Shown here: positions 50,615 to 60,388 of the stretch, piece by piece
Numbering within the stretch: position 1 is the stretch's first letter
How the letters are laid out: each line of letters begins with the position of its first letter
Source of the DNA: Spirochaetia bacterium
GTDB lineage: Bacteria > Spirochaetota > Spirochaetia > SZUA-6 > Bin103
Assembly: GCA_965198005.1 (NCBI GenBank)
Contig: CBDAOI010000002.1
Span: 416,001 to 480,000, forward strand
Direction: 5' to 3'
DNA length: 64,000 bases
The notes under the pieces: generated by a model
What the model was told of the DNA's origin: nothing
The model's database searches: none
The model's input: the letters and a program-made list of their open reading frames with translations, nothing else
Translations under genes and position numbers: made by a program

Positions 50615-52861
50615 ATGGAACACATACTGATGGGCAGCCCTCGTTTCGACGGGATCACCCGCCTGTATTCGGCTGACCAGGTGGTCGAGCAGGGCGGGAC
50701 GATCGCGCGCGACTACACGGTCGCGCGCGTGATGGCCGAGGCATTCTATGCGCGCCTGCGCGAGCTGTTCGCCGCCGGGCAGAGCATTACGACCTTCGGG
50801 CCGTACTCTCCGGGACAGGCGGTGGCCATGAAGCGCGTCGGGATCGAGGGGATCTACCTCGGTGGCTGGGCAACCTCGGCCAAGGGCTCGGACACCGAAG
50901 ATCCCGGACCCGACCTTGCGAGCTACCCTCTCAGTCAAGTCCCCACCGAGGCCGCGGCGATCGTGCGTGCGCTGCTCGTCGCCGACCGGAATCAGCACTA
51001 TCTCCGCCGGCGGATGACCGATGCCGAGCGCCAAGCCTCGCCCGCGTACGACTTCCGGCCGTTCATCATTGCCGACGCCGATACCGGGCACGGGGGAGAC
51101 GCGCACGTCCGCAACCTCATACGGCGTTTTGTCGAAGCGGGCGTTCCCGGCTACCACATCGAGGATCAGCGGCCCGGGACGAAGAAATGCGGTCACCAGG
51201 GCGGCAAGGTTCTGGTTACCCAGGACGAGCAGATCACCCGGCTCAACGCGGCACGATTTCAACTCGACATCATGGGTGTGCCGGGGATCATCGTGGCGCG
51301 CACGGACGCCGAGGCGGCCAGTCTCATCGACGGCCGCGGCGACGAGCGGGATCAGCCATTTCTGCTGGGGACCACGGCGGTCGGCCTGCCCTCCTACAAG
51401 GTGGGGTACGTCGCCCTGTTGAAGCACCTGCACGACGCGGGGGTCTACGAGGTGAGAGGTCATCTGTTGTTTGCCATTACCGATGACGACTACGCCGCGG
51501 CCCGAGCCTGGTCCGAACGGGTGGGACTGCTGGCGTGGCTCAGCGAGACGCTCGAACAGCACGAGCGTACGCCGGGCGCCGACGTGGACCGCCTGGTCGA
51601 TACGGTTACGAACCGGTTCGTCGACCTCTGGGTCAACGAGGCGAACCTCGGCACCTACGCCGACGCCGTGGCGCAGGCCATCGAGCTGCGCGCCAGCGAG
51701 GGCGACGAGGTCGAGATGAGCGCCGCCGACTGGCTCGCGCTCGCCGGCCAACTGCCGCTGGCCCAGGCGCGCAAGAAGGCCGAGGAGGTCGGGGTCGACG
51801 TCGACTGGGATTGCGAGCTCGCCATGACGCCGGAAGGCTACTATCAAGTGCAGGGCGGCTTGCAGTACGGGATCGCGAGGTCGCTGGCGGTTGCTCCGTT
51901 CGCGGATATTCTCTGGATGGAAACGAAGACCGCGAATCTGGAGGAAGCGCGCGCGTTCGCGGAGGCGATCCACGCCAGGTTCCCCGACAAGATGCTGGCG
52001 TACAACCTGTCGCCATCGTTCAACTGGGACACCACCGGCATGTCGGATGAGGAGATGCGCGCGTTCCCCGAAGAACTGGGCAAGCTCGGCTACGTGTTCA
52101 ACTTCATCACCTACGGCGGCCACCAGATCGATGGAGTGGCAGGTGAAGAGTTCGCCACCGCCATCAAGCAGGACGGCATGCTCGCGCTGGCGCGGTTGCA
52201 GCGCAAGATCCGGCTGGTCGAGTCACCCTACCGCACGCCGCAGACGCTGGTGGGCGGCCCCCGCCTGGATGCTGCTCTGTCAGCCTCGTCGGGGCGCACT
52301 GCGACCACCAACGCGATGGGCACGGCCTCCACCCAGCACCAACATCTGGTGCAGACGGAGATTCCCACCAAGCTGCTCGAAGAGTGGCTGGCGATGTGGT
52401 CGGAGCACTACCGCCTGCGCGGAGCGCTGCGGGTGCATCTGCGGCCGCAGCGCGCCGGGTCGGAGCTGCTCGATCTGCGCATCCTCGGCGCGGCCGGCGA
52501 CACGGTGGCCAACGTCATCTTCTCTCCCATCCGCGACCGGGTGGGGCATCGGATTCTGGTCGTGCGCGATCAGAACACGTTCGACGAGTCGCTGCGAAAG
52601 AAACGGCTGATGACCTTGATCCATCTGTACCTCGTGCACCGCTACAAGGTGGACTTGGTCCACTACGTCAGTCCCACGGACGACAACAGCTATCAGGCCA
52701 ACAAGATGAAGGAGCACGGGCTGTTCAAGACCGTCAATCAGGAGGTTGGCCAGATCATCGTGACGGAGATCGACGCGAAGCGGGTAACCGAGCTGCTGGA
52801 GCCGGAGCGCGCGGCACTGGGGCGATTGATCGCAAAGCAACCGCAGCTCGCGCCGGTGTGA
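50615..52861 (+). CDS. aceA: Isocitrate lyase, long ICL2 type with C-terminal extension
   Basis: [42 protein letters not shown]; ~750 aa; start 50615 (GGAG RBS) or 50582. Confidence 0.93.
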   Translation: MEHILMGSPRFDGITRLYSADQVVEQGGTIARDYTVARVMAEAFYARLRELFAAGQSITTFGPYSPGQAVAMKRVGIEGIYLGGWATSAKGSDTEDPGPDLASYPLSQVPTEAAAIVRALLVADRNQHYLRRRMTDAERQASPAYDFRPFIIADADTGHGGDAHVRNLIRRFVEAGVPGYHIEDQRPGTKKCGHQGGKVLVTQDEQITRLNAARFQLDIMGVPGIIVARTDAEAASLIDGRGDERDQPFLLGTTAVGLPSYKVGYVALLKHLHDAGVYEVRGHLLFAITDDDYAAARAWSERVGLLAWLSETLEQHERTPGADVDRLVDTVTNRFVDLWVNEANLGTYADAVAQAIELRASEGDEVEMSAADWLALAGQLPLAQARKKAEEVGVDVDWDCELAMTPEGYYQVQGGLQYGIARSLAVAPFADILWMETKTANLEEARAFAEAIHARFPDKMLAYNLSPSFNWDTTGMSDEEMRAFPEELGKLGYVFNFITYGGHQIDGVAGEEFATAIKQDGMLALARLQRKIRLVESPYRTPQTLVGGPRLDAALSASSGRTATTNAMGTASTQHQHLVQTEIPTKLLEEWLAMWSEHYRLRGALRVHLRPQRAGSELLDLRILGAAGDTVANVIFSPIRDRVGHRILVVRDQNTFDESLRKKRLMTLIHLYLVHRYKVDLVHYVSPTDDNSYQANKMKEHGLFKTVNQEVGQIIVTEIDAKRVTELLEPERAALGRLIAKQPQLAPV

Positions 52862-52897
52862 CCTGAAATCGCCGCGGAGCCGTGGCGCGCAGCCTCT

Positions 52898-53803
52898 CTA
52901 CCCGAACGCCGCGAGCACCTCTTCGTCGAGGCGTTGCAGGGCAGCCACGTCGGGTTGTGGCTGGAATATGATCTCCGCGATCCCGACCTGCTCCAGCGCC
53001 CCGACGCGATCTACAACGAGGCTCGCGGGTGCCTTCGTCAACCCAGGACCGAGTGTGGCAGGGCTTTCCGAGGACCCTGCGTCGGTCAGGGTCAGAGGCA
53101 TGTGAAGCGTGCTTCTGATCTCTGCCGGATCGCGACCGATGTCGTCGCAGTGGCGCGCGAGGACGTTCAGCTTGTGCCGGACCGTCTCCGGCGACATCTC
53201 CGCCTCCCAACCGTTGAAGTTGAAGACGTCGCCATACATCGCCAGAGTCCGCAGCGTGCGGCGCTCGCCGTTGCCGCCGATCATGATCGGAAGGTGCGGC
53301 TGCCGATAGCTGGTCGGCGCAAGCGGTGCCTGATCGAGCCGATAGTATTCACCCCGGTGGTCGACCGGCCGGTCGGCGGTGAACAGCGTGCGGATGAGGC
53401 CGGCCGCTTCCTCGAGCCGGTCCGACCGTTCCTTCACCGGCGGGAACTCCCATCCGTAGGCCTCGTGCTCGCGTTTGAACCAGGCGGCACCGAGCCCCAG
53501 GATGAAGCGGCCCTTGGACGCCTGATCCAGGCTGGTTGCGATCTTCGCCACCAGCCCCGGGTTGCGGTAGGTGTTGCCCATCACCAGCGTTCCGAGCTCG
53601 AGCCGCTCGGTCATCCCGGCCGCAACCGAAAGCACGGTGAAGCTTTCGAAAGCATTCATGTGCTCCTGCGTCCGCCCGAACGGCGAGAGGAAATGGTCAG
53701 CGGCCCACAGGCTGTTCCAGCGGCCAGCTTCGATCGACCGGATGGATGCGCGGATGTCGTCCCACGGTGGGCCAAAGGTGTTTAGCTGAACTCCGAACTT
53801 CAT
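52898..53803 (-). CDS. LLM-class (F420-dependent type) oxidoreductase
   Basis: W.ADHF, GTLV.GN.YRNP...AK...LD..S.GR..LG.GA.W...EH.AYG, IMIGG.GE..TL. Confidence 0.9.
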   Translation of the reverse strand: MKFGVQLNTFGPPWDDIRASIRSIEAGRWNSLWAADHFLSPFGRTQEHMNAFESFTVLSVAAGMTERLELGTLVMGNTYRNPGLVAKIATSLDQASKGRFILGLGAAWFKREHEAYGWEFPPVKERSDRLEEAAGLIRTLFTADRPVDHRGEYYRLDQAPLAPTSYRQPHLPIMIGGNGERRTLRTLAMYGDVFNFNGWEAEMSPETVRHKLNVLARHCDDIGRDPAEIRSTLHMPLTLTDAGSSESPATLGPGLTKAPASLVVDRVGALEQVGIAEIIFQPQPDVAALQRLDEEVLAAFG

Positions 53804-53849
53804 GCTACGGTAGCCCACCGCACGTGCGCCGCGCTGTCAAGCCATCCCG

Positions 53850-54131
53850 GGAACGAAGGCTCGCCGAGTTGGGATCGCGGCGCATCGAGTTGGCCGACGG
53901 ATCGTGGTACTGGGACCTCAAGCCCAACCTGCGCCCTGGAGAGATGATCGAGCTTTGATCGTGCGGGCTTGGCGGTGAGCAACGGCGAGCGCGGGCGCAA
54001 ACTGCTGGCGGCGGCACGTGAGCACCTCGCGGAGATGGAGGGCGCGCTGAGCCGCAGCTCGTGGAACATCGCCGTGCGCCGCGCGCAGGAAGTCGTGGAG
54101 CTGGCACTGAAGGCGGTGCTCACCTACCTGT
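53850..54131 (+). pseudogene. MNT-HEPN module remnants (nucleotidyltransferase 3' end + HEPN 5' end)
   Basis: LGSRRI....G.WYWDLKP....GE.IEL*, then W.IAVRRAQEVVELALKA.L. Confidence 0.65.
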
Positions 54132-54287
54132 GCAGCGGCTCACCTGCCGCGACAGCTCGGTCTCGGCGGGAAGGTCGCCCATCTCCCGGCAGCGTACCCC
54201 ACTCGGTATCGTGATACGCCTGCATCAATGCATCACCCGCGCACGTGGCGCAACGGCTGCGCTCCTTCACCGGCCCGTTCCTCGGCG

Positions 54288-55601
54288 TCAGGCGGCGCGG
54301 CGGCGACCACTCCGGCGGCGATAACGGCGCGGGGGGCGATCTCCCGCAGATGCGGCTCCCGGTGCGCGCTGCGCTTCCCGCATCCCCTGCAGCCCACGCC
54401 GCTTGACGGTGCCGGCACTCGCCACGCCGGATGGGCCGGCACTCGCCACGCCGGATGTGCCGGCGTGAAATGGCTGGTCCGGAACGACTTCGAGTGGGAG
54501 CCCGATCAGCCGCTCGATGTTGCGCAGGTCGGTCAGCTCGGCGCGGTCACAGAGCGACAGCGCCACCCCCGCCGCACCGGCGCGCGCCGTCCGTCCAATG
54601 CGGTGGACGTAACTCTCCGGCTCATTGGGTATCTCGTAATTCACCACGTGCGTGACGCCATCGACGTCGATCCCGCGTGCGGCGATATCCGTCGCTACGA
54701 GCACGCGCGAGCTGCCCGATTTGAAGCGATCCAACGCCCGCTGCCGTGCGCCCTGCGACTTGTTGCCGTGAATGGCATCGGCGTCGATGTTGGCTCGCTC
54801 GAGATACTCGGCGACACGATTGGCACGATGCTTGGTGCGGGTGAACACCAGCACCCGTGACAGCGCCGGTTGCTCGAGCAGGGTAACCAGTAGATCCCGC
54901 TTGTGCTCGGTCTGCACCAGGTAAACCTGTTGCCGCACCTGGTCTACCGTCGTAGCGGAAGGCGTAACTTCCACGCGCACGGGTTGGGTCAGAATCTGTT
55001 CGGCCAGCCGGACTACTTCGGGCGGCATCGTGGCGGAAAAAAACAGCGAGTGGCGGCGCCTCGGCAGGCTGCGAAGGACCTTCTTGACGTCGTGGATAAA
55101 GCCCATGTCGAGCATGCGGTCAGCCTCGTCCAAGACGAAGTGGGCGACGCGCTCGAGGCTGACGTAGCCTTGGTCGATCAAATCGAGCAGGCGCCCGGGA
55201 GTCGCCACCAGGATATCCAGACGACCAGACACCGCCGTTACCTGGCGTCCTTGGGTAACGCCACCGATGATCACCGCCTGTCGGAGCCGCAGTCGGCTGC
55301 CGTAGTCGCGAAAGTCGTCGTGGATCTGGATTGCCAACTCCCGCGTCGGCGCCAACACCAGTGCGTGCGGCTCATGGGCTCGGGCACGATCGGGGCGACT
55401 CGAGAGCTGCTGCAGGATCGGCAATGCGAACGCGGCAGTCTTTCCGGTGCCCGTCTGGGCGACACCGAGCAGGTCCTTCCCTGCCAGCACGTGTGGAATG
55501 GCTTGCCTTTGAATGGGGGTCGGATGAGCGTACCCCCGGGTCTCGAGGGAGCGTAGAATGGGGTCGATGAGACCCAGGGATGCGAACGAAGTAGTGGACA
55601 A
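54288..55601 (-). CDS. rhlE: DEAD-box RNA helicase (RhlE-like)
   Basis: AQTGTGKT, PTRELA, TPGRL, DEAD, SAT, HGNKSQ, ARGID, HRIGRTAR. Confidence 0.9.
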   Translation of the reverse strand: MSTTSFASLGLIDPILRSLETRGYAHPTPIQRQAIPHVLAGKDLLGVAQTGTGKTAAFALPILQQLSSRPDRARAHEPHALVLAPTRELAIQIHDDFRDYGSRLRLRQAVIIGGVTQGRQVTAVSGRLDILVATPGRLLDLIDQGYVSLERVAHFVLDEADRMLDMGFIHDVKKVLRSLPRRRHSLFFSATMPPEVVRLAEQILTQPVRVEVTPSATTVDQVRQQVYLVQTEHKRDLLVTLLEQPALSRVLVFTRTKHRANRVAEYLERANIDADAIHGNKSQGARQRALDRFKSGSSRVLVATDIAARGIDVDGVTHVVNYEIPNEPESYVHRIGRTARAGAAGVALSLCDRAELTDLRNIERLIGLPLEVVPDQPFHAGTSGVASAGPSGVASAGTVKRRGLQGMREAQRAPGAASAGDRPPRRYRRRSGRRRAA

Positions 55602-55786
55602 TTGATTTCCTTATGCGGAGCGCAAAGAGGTCAGAATCGAAAAGAAGCGCTCGGAGTATCGCGCGTTCCGGAATGCGCTGCTGCAGTTAGTGCGCGCGAC
55701 GGGAGGCGTGACTCACCTAAACATCGTACATTCCGCACGGGTTGTCAAGCCATGCGCGGGGCCGTGGTCGCTCAACGTTGATCCCG

Positions 55787-56728
55787 CTACTCCCGGCCGG
55801 CGCCGTAGCGCCCGAGCCGGCCGCGCAGGCGGGGGTCCAAGAGATCGCGTACCGCGTCGCCGAACATGTTGAGGCTGTACACCACCACCGTCAGGCACAC
55901 CCCCGGCCACAACGCCAGATGAGGCGCGATCTCCATGTACTGCCGCCCCTCCCGGCTCAGCATGCCGCCCCAGCTCGGGATGTCCGGCGGCAGGCCGAAC
56001 CCCAGAAAACTCAGCGCCGCCTCCGACATGATCACCCCGCCGACGTTGATGCTGAAGATGATGATGATCGGCGCTGCGATGTTGGGCAGCACGTGACGCA
56101 GCAGCGAGCGCCGGCGCGAGCTGCCGATCGCCTGCGCCGCCTGGAAGTAGACGTTCTCCTTCACCCCGAGCACCGCGCCCCGCACCACCCGCGACGCCGG
56201 GATGCCGCCCGATACCCCCAGCACGACGATGATCTGCGCCATGCCGCGGCCGGCTATCGACATGATGGTGAGCAGCAGCAGCAGCCCCGGGAACGCCATC
56301 CAGGCGTCGACGAAGCGCTGCGTCACCAAGTCCAGCCGGCCGCCGATGAAGCCGGTGGTGCCGCCGATCAGCACCGCAACGGCGACGGTGAGCGCGGTGG
56401 CGGCCAGCCCCACCGTCAGCGACAGCCGCGCCCCGTGGATGAGGCGGCTCAAGAGGTCCCGCCCCACGTGGTCGGTGCCCAGCAGGTACGCGGCGGAGGA
56501 TGCCTGCAGGCGGTCGCGCAGGTGGATCTCCTCGTAGCGGTAGGGCGCCAGCGAATCGGCGAAGATGCTCACCAGCACCAGAATCAGGATGACGATGCCG
56601 CCAGCCGTCCCCAGCGGCTGCTCGCGCACCAGCCGCCCGAAGAACTTCCTCAGCCCGGCCTGCGTAGCCGCAACCGCGTCCGCGGCCGGCTCGGCTCCCG
56701 CCGGCGTCAACTGCGATACGTCACCCAT
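55787..56728 (-). CDS. Peptide/nickel ABC permease (DppC-like)
   Basis: LGTDHVGRDLLSR, EAALSFLGFG, PSWG, DLLDPR. Confidence 0.93.
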   Translation of the reverse strand: MGDVSQLTPAGAEPAADAVAATQAGLRKFFGRLVREQPLGTAGGIVILILVLVSIFADSLAPYRYEEIHLRDRLQASSAAYLLGTDHVGRDLLSRLIHGARLSLTVGLAATALTVAVAVLIGGTTGFIGGRLDLVTQRFVDAWMAFPGLLLLLTIMSIAGRGMAQIIVVLGVSGGIPASRVVRGAVLGVKENVYFQAAQAIGSSRRRSLLRHVLPNIAAPIIIIFSINVGGVIMSEAALSFLGFGLPPDIPSWGGMLSREGRQYMEIAPHLALWPGVCLTVVVYSLNMFGDAVRDLLDPRLRGRLGRYGAGRE

Positions 56729-56735
56729 GGGCTTC

Positions 56736-56774
56736 CCTCATTGCCTCATTGCCTCATTGCCTCATTGCCTCATT
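56736..56774. repeat. (CCTCATTG)x~5 octanucleotide repeat between dppB and dppC
   Basis: Four perfect units plus a partial unit that overlaps the dppB stop. Confidence 0.9.
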
Positions 56775-57726
56775 CGTAGCGAATCCGCGGGTCCAGCGAC
56801 GCGTACAGCAGATCGGTCAGCAGGTTGACCACCACCACCACCGTGGCGAAGAACAGGTTTATCGCCGACACCACCGGGTAGTCGCGCTCGTTGAGCGCGT
56901 CCAGCATCAGCCGCCCCAGCCCCGGCAGGTTGAAGATGTTCTCGATGATCACCGAGCCGCCCACCAGGATCGGGAGCTGCATGCCCACCAGCGTCACCAC
57001 CGGGATGATCGCGTTCTTGAGCGCGTGGCGCAGGATCACCGACCGCTCCAGCAGACCCTTGGCCCAGGCGGTCCTGATGTAGTCCTGCCGCAGCACCTCC
57101 AGCATCATGGTGCGCGTCATGCGCATGGTGCTGGCCGCCAGGTAGGTTCCCAGGATCAGGCTGGGGATCAGGAACATGCCGAGGTTCCCCAGTGGGTCTT
57201 CGGAGAACGGTGAAAACTCCATCGGCGGCGACCAGGCCCACCAGATGGCCGGATAGATCATCACCATCGTTCCCAGCCAGAAGTTGGGCGTGGCCAGCCC
57301 CATGATGGCCACCGACCGTCCCAGGTAGTCGGCGGCAGTGTACTGGCGGATCGCCGAGTAGATGCCCACCGGCAGGGCGATGACCAGGCCGATGAGGATG
57401 GCCAGCAGCCCGAGCTCGGCGGTGACCGGCAGTCGTCCCAGCATGCGCTCCTCGATCCGCCAGCCGCCCAGCAGCGACTCGCCGAGGGTGCCGCGCAGGA
57501 GAATGCCACCGATCCAGCGGCCGTACTGCACGTGGATCGGCAGGTCCAGGCCAAGCCGCTGTTCGATGGTCGCGCGGTCGATCTGGCCGCCCACGAATGC
57601 CGTGCGACCGGCCATGATGTCGATGACGTCGCCGGGGATGAAGCGGACGGACAGGAACACCAGCACGCTCAGGATGAACAGGGTGGGGACGACCAGCAGC
57701 AGCCGGCGGATGATGTACGCTCTCAT
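56770..57726 (-). CDS. Peptide/nickel ABC permease (DppB-like)
   Basis: MRAYIIRRLL, LRQDYIRTA, ENIFNLPGLG, RDYPVV. Confidence 0.93.
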   Translation of the reverse strand: MRAYIIRRLLLVVPTLFILSVLVFLSVRFIPGDVIDIMAGRTAFVGGQIDRATIEQRLGLDLPIHVQYGRWIGGILLRGTLGESLLGGWRIEERMLGRLPVTAELGLLAILIGLVIALPVGIYSAIRQYTAADYLGRSVAIMGLATPNFWLGTMVMIYPAIWWAWSPPMEFSPFSEDPLGNLGMFLIPSLILGTYLAASTMRMTRTMMLEVLRQDYIRTAWAKGLLERSVILRHALKNAIIPVVTLVGMQLPILVGGSVIIENIFNLPGLGRLMLDALNERDYPVVSAINLFFATVVVVVNLLTDLLYASLDPRIRYE

Positions 57727-57861
57727 ATCTTCGTGGAAACTGGCGCCGGAAGCCAGAGGCTCCCGGCGCTAAAAACGCTCGCGGGACCCCGCCGCTAGGC
57801 GTGGCCCCGGCTCGTGGAGTCGCGCAGCGACTCCCGTTTCAATCGCCCAAGGGTGATTGAT

Positions 57862-59691
57862 TCAGAACCCCATTTCTCGCTTCAGATCCTGGTCGATCCA
57901 GAGGCGGGCGAGGATGGGATGATAGGTCAGGTCTCCTAGCGAGTATTCGCCATTATAGCCCTTGACCCACGGATTGTTCGCCTGAAACTGTGGCGCCAGA
58001 GGACCCCAAATCTGCATGTGTTGCTCGAGCACGAACATATTATACGCTTTCGCTGCCTCGAACTGCTCCTCCACGGTCGTAGCACCATAAAAAGCATCGG
58101 AGGCGGCGTCCAACACGGAGGTGTCGATTGCACATGGGTCGCTGCAGGCCAAGTATTCGCGGGGAAACGCATTGCTATCGCGATGAGTCTGCATGGCCCA
58201 GACAGCGTTCGGGTGGCCCATGTCGCCAGTGGCCATTTCATACGCGGTATCTGCCTTGGCAGCCACCCAAGTCCCCGTGTCGGCAATACGGGTCGTTACA
58301 TCAACGCCAATATCAGCCCAGTACCCGGCGGCGACTTCCGTATAGCCCAAGTCGATGACGTCTCGGTGCAAGTACTCTGCCGTAAATCGAATTCCGTCCG
58401 CGCCGCGCGGATAGCCTGCCTCATCCAGGAGCTTCTCGGCACCCTCCGGGTCATACCTGTAGTATTGCTTGAGCTCTTCTGGCCACTCTTCAAATGGGAT
58501 GTAATACCCCTTGGCGCTAATCCACGCAGGGTTTTCCCAGTCTGAAAAACCGGCAAAGTAGGTATCGTCAATCGTCTCCAGGTCCAGTGCCATTTGCAGT
58601 GCGTGGCGCACCCTGACGTCGTCAAATGGCGCGTTGCGAATGTTCAGAGTAAAGACCTGAAATGCCCGCTGGTAGTAACTGTACACCTCGATTTCCGGGT
58701 TGGTCCTCTGCAGGCTCCTTATCACGTCCATGTTTCCTATGTCGGCGACGCCGGCGTGTTGTATTATATCAATCTTACCCGTACGCAGTGCCGAGATACG
58801 GGTTGCTTCCTCTGCCATAAGGGGGGCCCTTATCTCGTCAACATAAGGCAAGCGGTTCTCCGGGTATTTCTCGTCGTAGTCCCAGAAGTCAGGATTCTTG
58901 GTAAAGGTCTTAGAGACGCCTTCGACATAGTCAGTCAGCATGAGGGGCCCAGTGCCGACCACGTTCCTCCAATCCTCATAGTTGCCGAAATGCTCGATTA
59001 CGTCGCGGGGCAATATCCAACTCTGACTTTCACCGAGGATCGGCTGTAGCGCATCGAGGTATGGCTCAGTGAGCTTCATAACAACCGTATACTTGTCGGT
59101 GGCCTCTATCGATTCCCATGGCAGGTTGAACGTGGGGCCGGCCTGAACGGGAGGTTCGGTGAAGTCCCCCTGAGCAGTTTGGCGCTGATAGCTATAGACG
59201 ACATCATCCGCGGTTAGCTCCCTACCGTTTACCAGGCGACTGGCCTCACTGTCCGGATCCAGAGCGTAGTGAACGCCCTGACGGATGTGAAAAACGTAGG
59301 TCACCGGATCGGGCGTCTCCCAACTTTCCGCCAAATTCCCGGTCAGGACGTGTGTAGGAACGAAATTGTCTGTCCAGTCAAATACTTCCCTGTCTATTGC
59401 CCAGTCACCGATGGCGAGCTTCTCATTGACACCGTCTATGAGCCACCCCGCTTCGAAGCCAACCGCAAGGGGGTCTACATTGTCGCTTACTCTTCCACCC
59501 CAGCCGTAGGTCAATGTCCCGCCATACTCCGGCGCGGTCACCACCTTGCCGGTGGTGGGGTCCATCACCATTTCCTTCTCCATGGCGGCGGCGGGCTCCT
59601 CTTCCCCGGCCGGGCTTGCCCACAGGCCGGTCGCGGCCAGACCGAAACCGATCAGTACCGCCAGGATCTTTCGCAAGATTGCGTATTGCAT
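57862..59691 (-). CDS. ABC transporter substrate-binding protein, family 5 (SBP3)
   Basis: Same N-terminus as SBP2, PEYGGTLTY, LAESWE, VGTGP, FDDVRVR; GGAGG RBS. Confidence 0.93.
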   Translation of the reverse strand: MQYAILRKILAVLIGFGLAATGLWASPAGEEEPAAAMEKEMVMDPTTGKVVTAPEYGGTLTYGWGGRVSDNVDPLAVGFEAGWLIDGVNEKLAIGDWAIDREVFDWTDNFVPTHVLTGNLAESWETPDPVTYVFHIRQGVHYALDPDSEASRLVNGRELTADDVVYSYQRQTAQGDFTEPPVQAGPTFNLPWESIEATDKYTVVMKLTEPYLDALQPILGESQSWILPRDVIEHFGNYEDWRNVVGTGPLMLTDYVEGVSKTFTKNPDFWDYDEKYPENRLPYVDEIRAPLMAEEATRISALRTGKIDIIQHAGVADIGNMDVIRSLQRTNPEIEVYSYYQRAFQVFTLNIRNAPFDDVRVRHALQMALDLETIDDTYFAGFSDWENPAWISAKGYYIPFEEWPEELKQYYRYDPEGAEKLLDEAGYPRGADGIRFTAEYLHRDVIDLGYTEVAAGYWADIGVDVTTRIADTGTWVAAKADTAYEMATGDMGHPNAVWAMQTHRDSNAFPREYLACSDPCAIDTSVLDAASDAFYGATTVEEQFEAAKAYNMFVLEQHMQIWGPLAPQFQANNPWVKGYNGEYSLGDLTYHPILARLWIDQDLKREMGF

Positions 59692-60304
59692 CTTTGCCTC
59701 CTGATACTCGTGATATTCGAGAGTGCTGATGCCACTGCCCATCCCTCGCCCACTCTCGCGGTACACCTGCAATCGCAGGTGCCCGGAAAGCGAGGGGGAC
59801 AGCCCACGTTCCGAATCAGTTCTCCATCCGGCACCTCCTTGAACGCGTGCGCGCACCTGATCCGGGAGCGCCGCGCTGGGCGGTGGTCGGCGACGCGGCG
59901 CAGGTGAGTGACCGGCAACGCCAGCGGCCCGCCAGGCAGGCGAACGGGGTAGCGGTAGTGCAGGCGCGCGCGGGGCGCGCGGAGCACTCAGCCCGAGCGC
60001 TTAGTGCTTCTCGTATAGTTGGGGGGACATAAGCGCTAACTTGTTGTGGGGGCCTACAGGGGCCATGCATGACTTTACTGTGCGACCGTACCACGGACGT
60101 GCGACTCGGATCAACCAGCCGCGTCGAAGAAATCTGCCAACTCATGGCCCTACGGTGCGACCGTACCACGGACCCGCGACTCGCGTCAACCAGCCAGATC
60201 GAAGTAACCTGACAACTGGGACAGCCGGCGCCGTGGCGGCTCAGCCAGCGCCCGCGAGATAGCGCCCCAAAACCGCCGCCGGGGCGCCGCTTTTGGCCCA
60301 TCCC

Positions 60305-60388
60305 GTCCAACCGCTAGGAGTCTGTCGCAATCCGACAGACTCCTAGGACCAACGCAATCGCGAAGGTCCTTGCAAAAAATATCCTCAT
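60305..60388 (-). pseudogene. 5' stub of a fourth SBP gene
   Basis: AAGGAAG RBS then MRIFFARTFAIALVL..LAVG (cf. SBP1 MTFAVALVLVL); carries the SBP leader motif. Confidence 0.6.
60314..60346. mobile_element. Miniature IS footprint: CTAG-GAGTCTGTCG-CAATC-CGACAGACTC-CTAG
   Basis: 10-bp inverted repeats with CTAG duplicated on both sides, interrupting a signal-peptide ORF. Confidence 0.6.
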
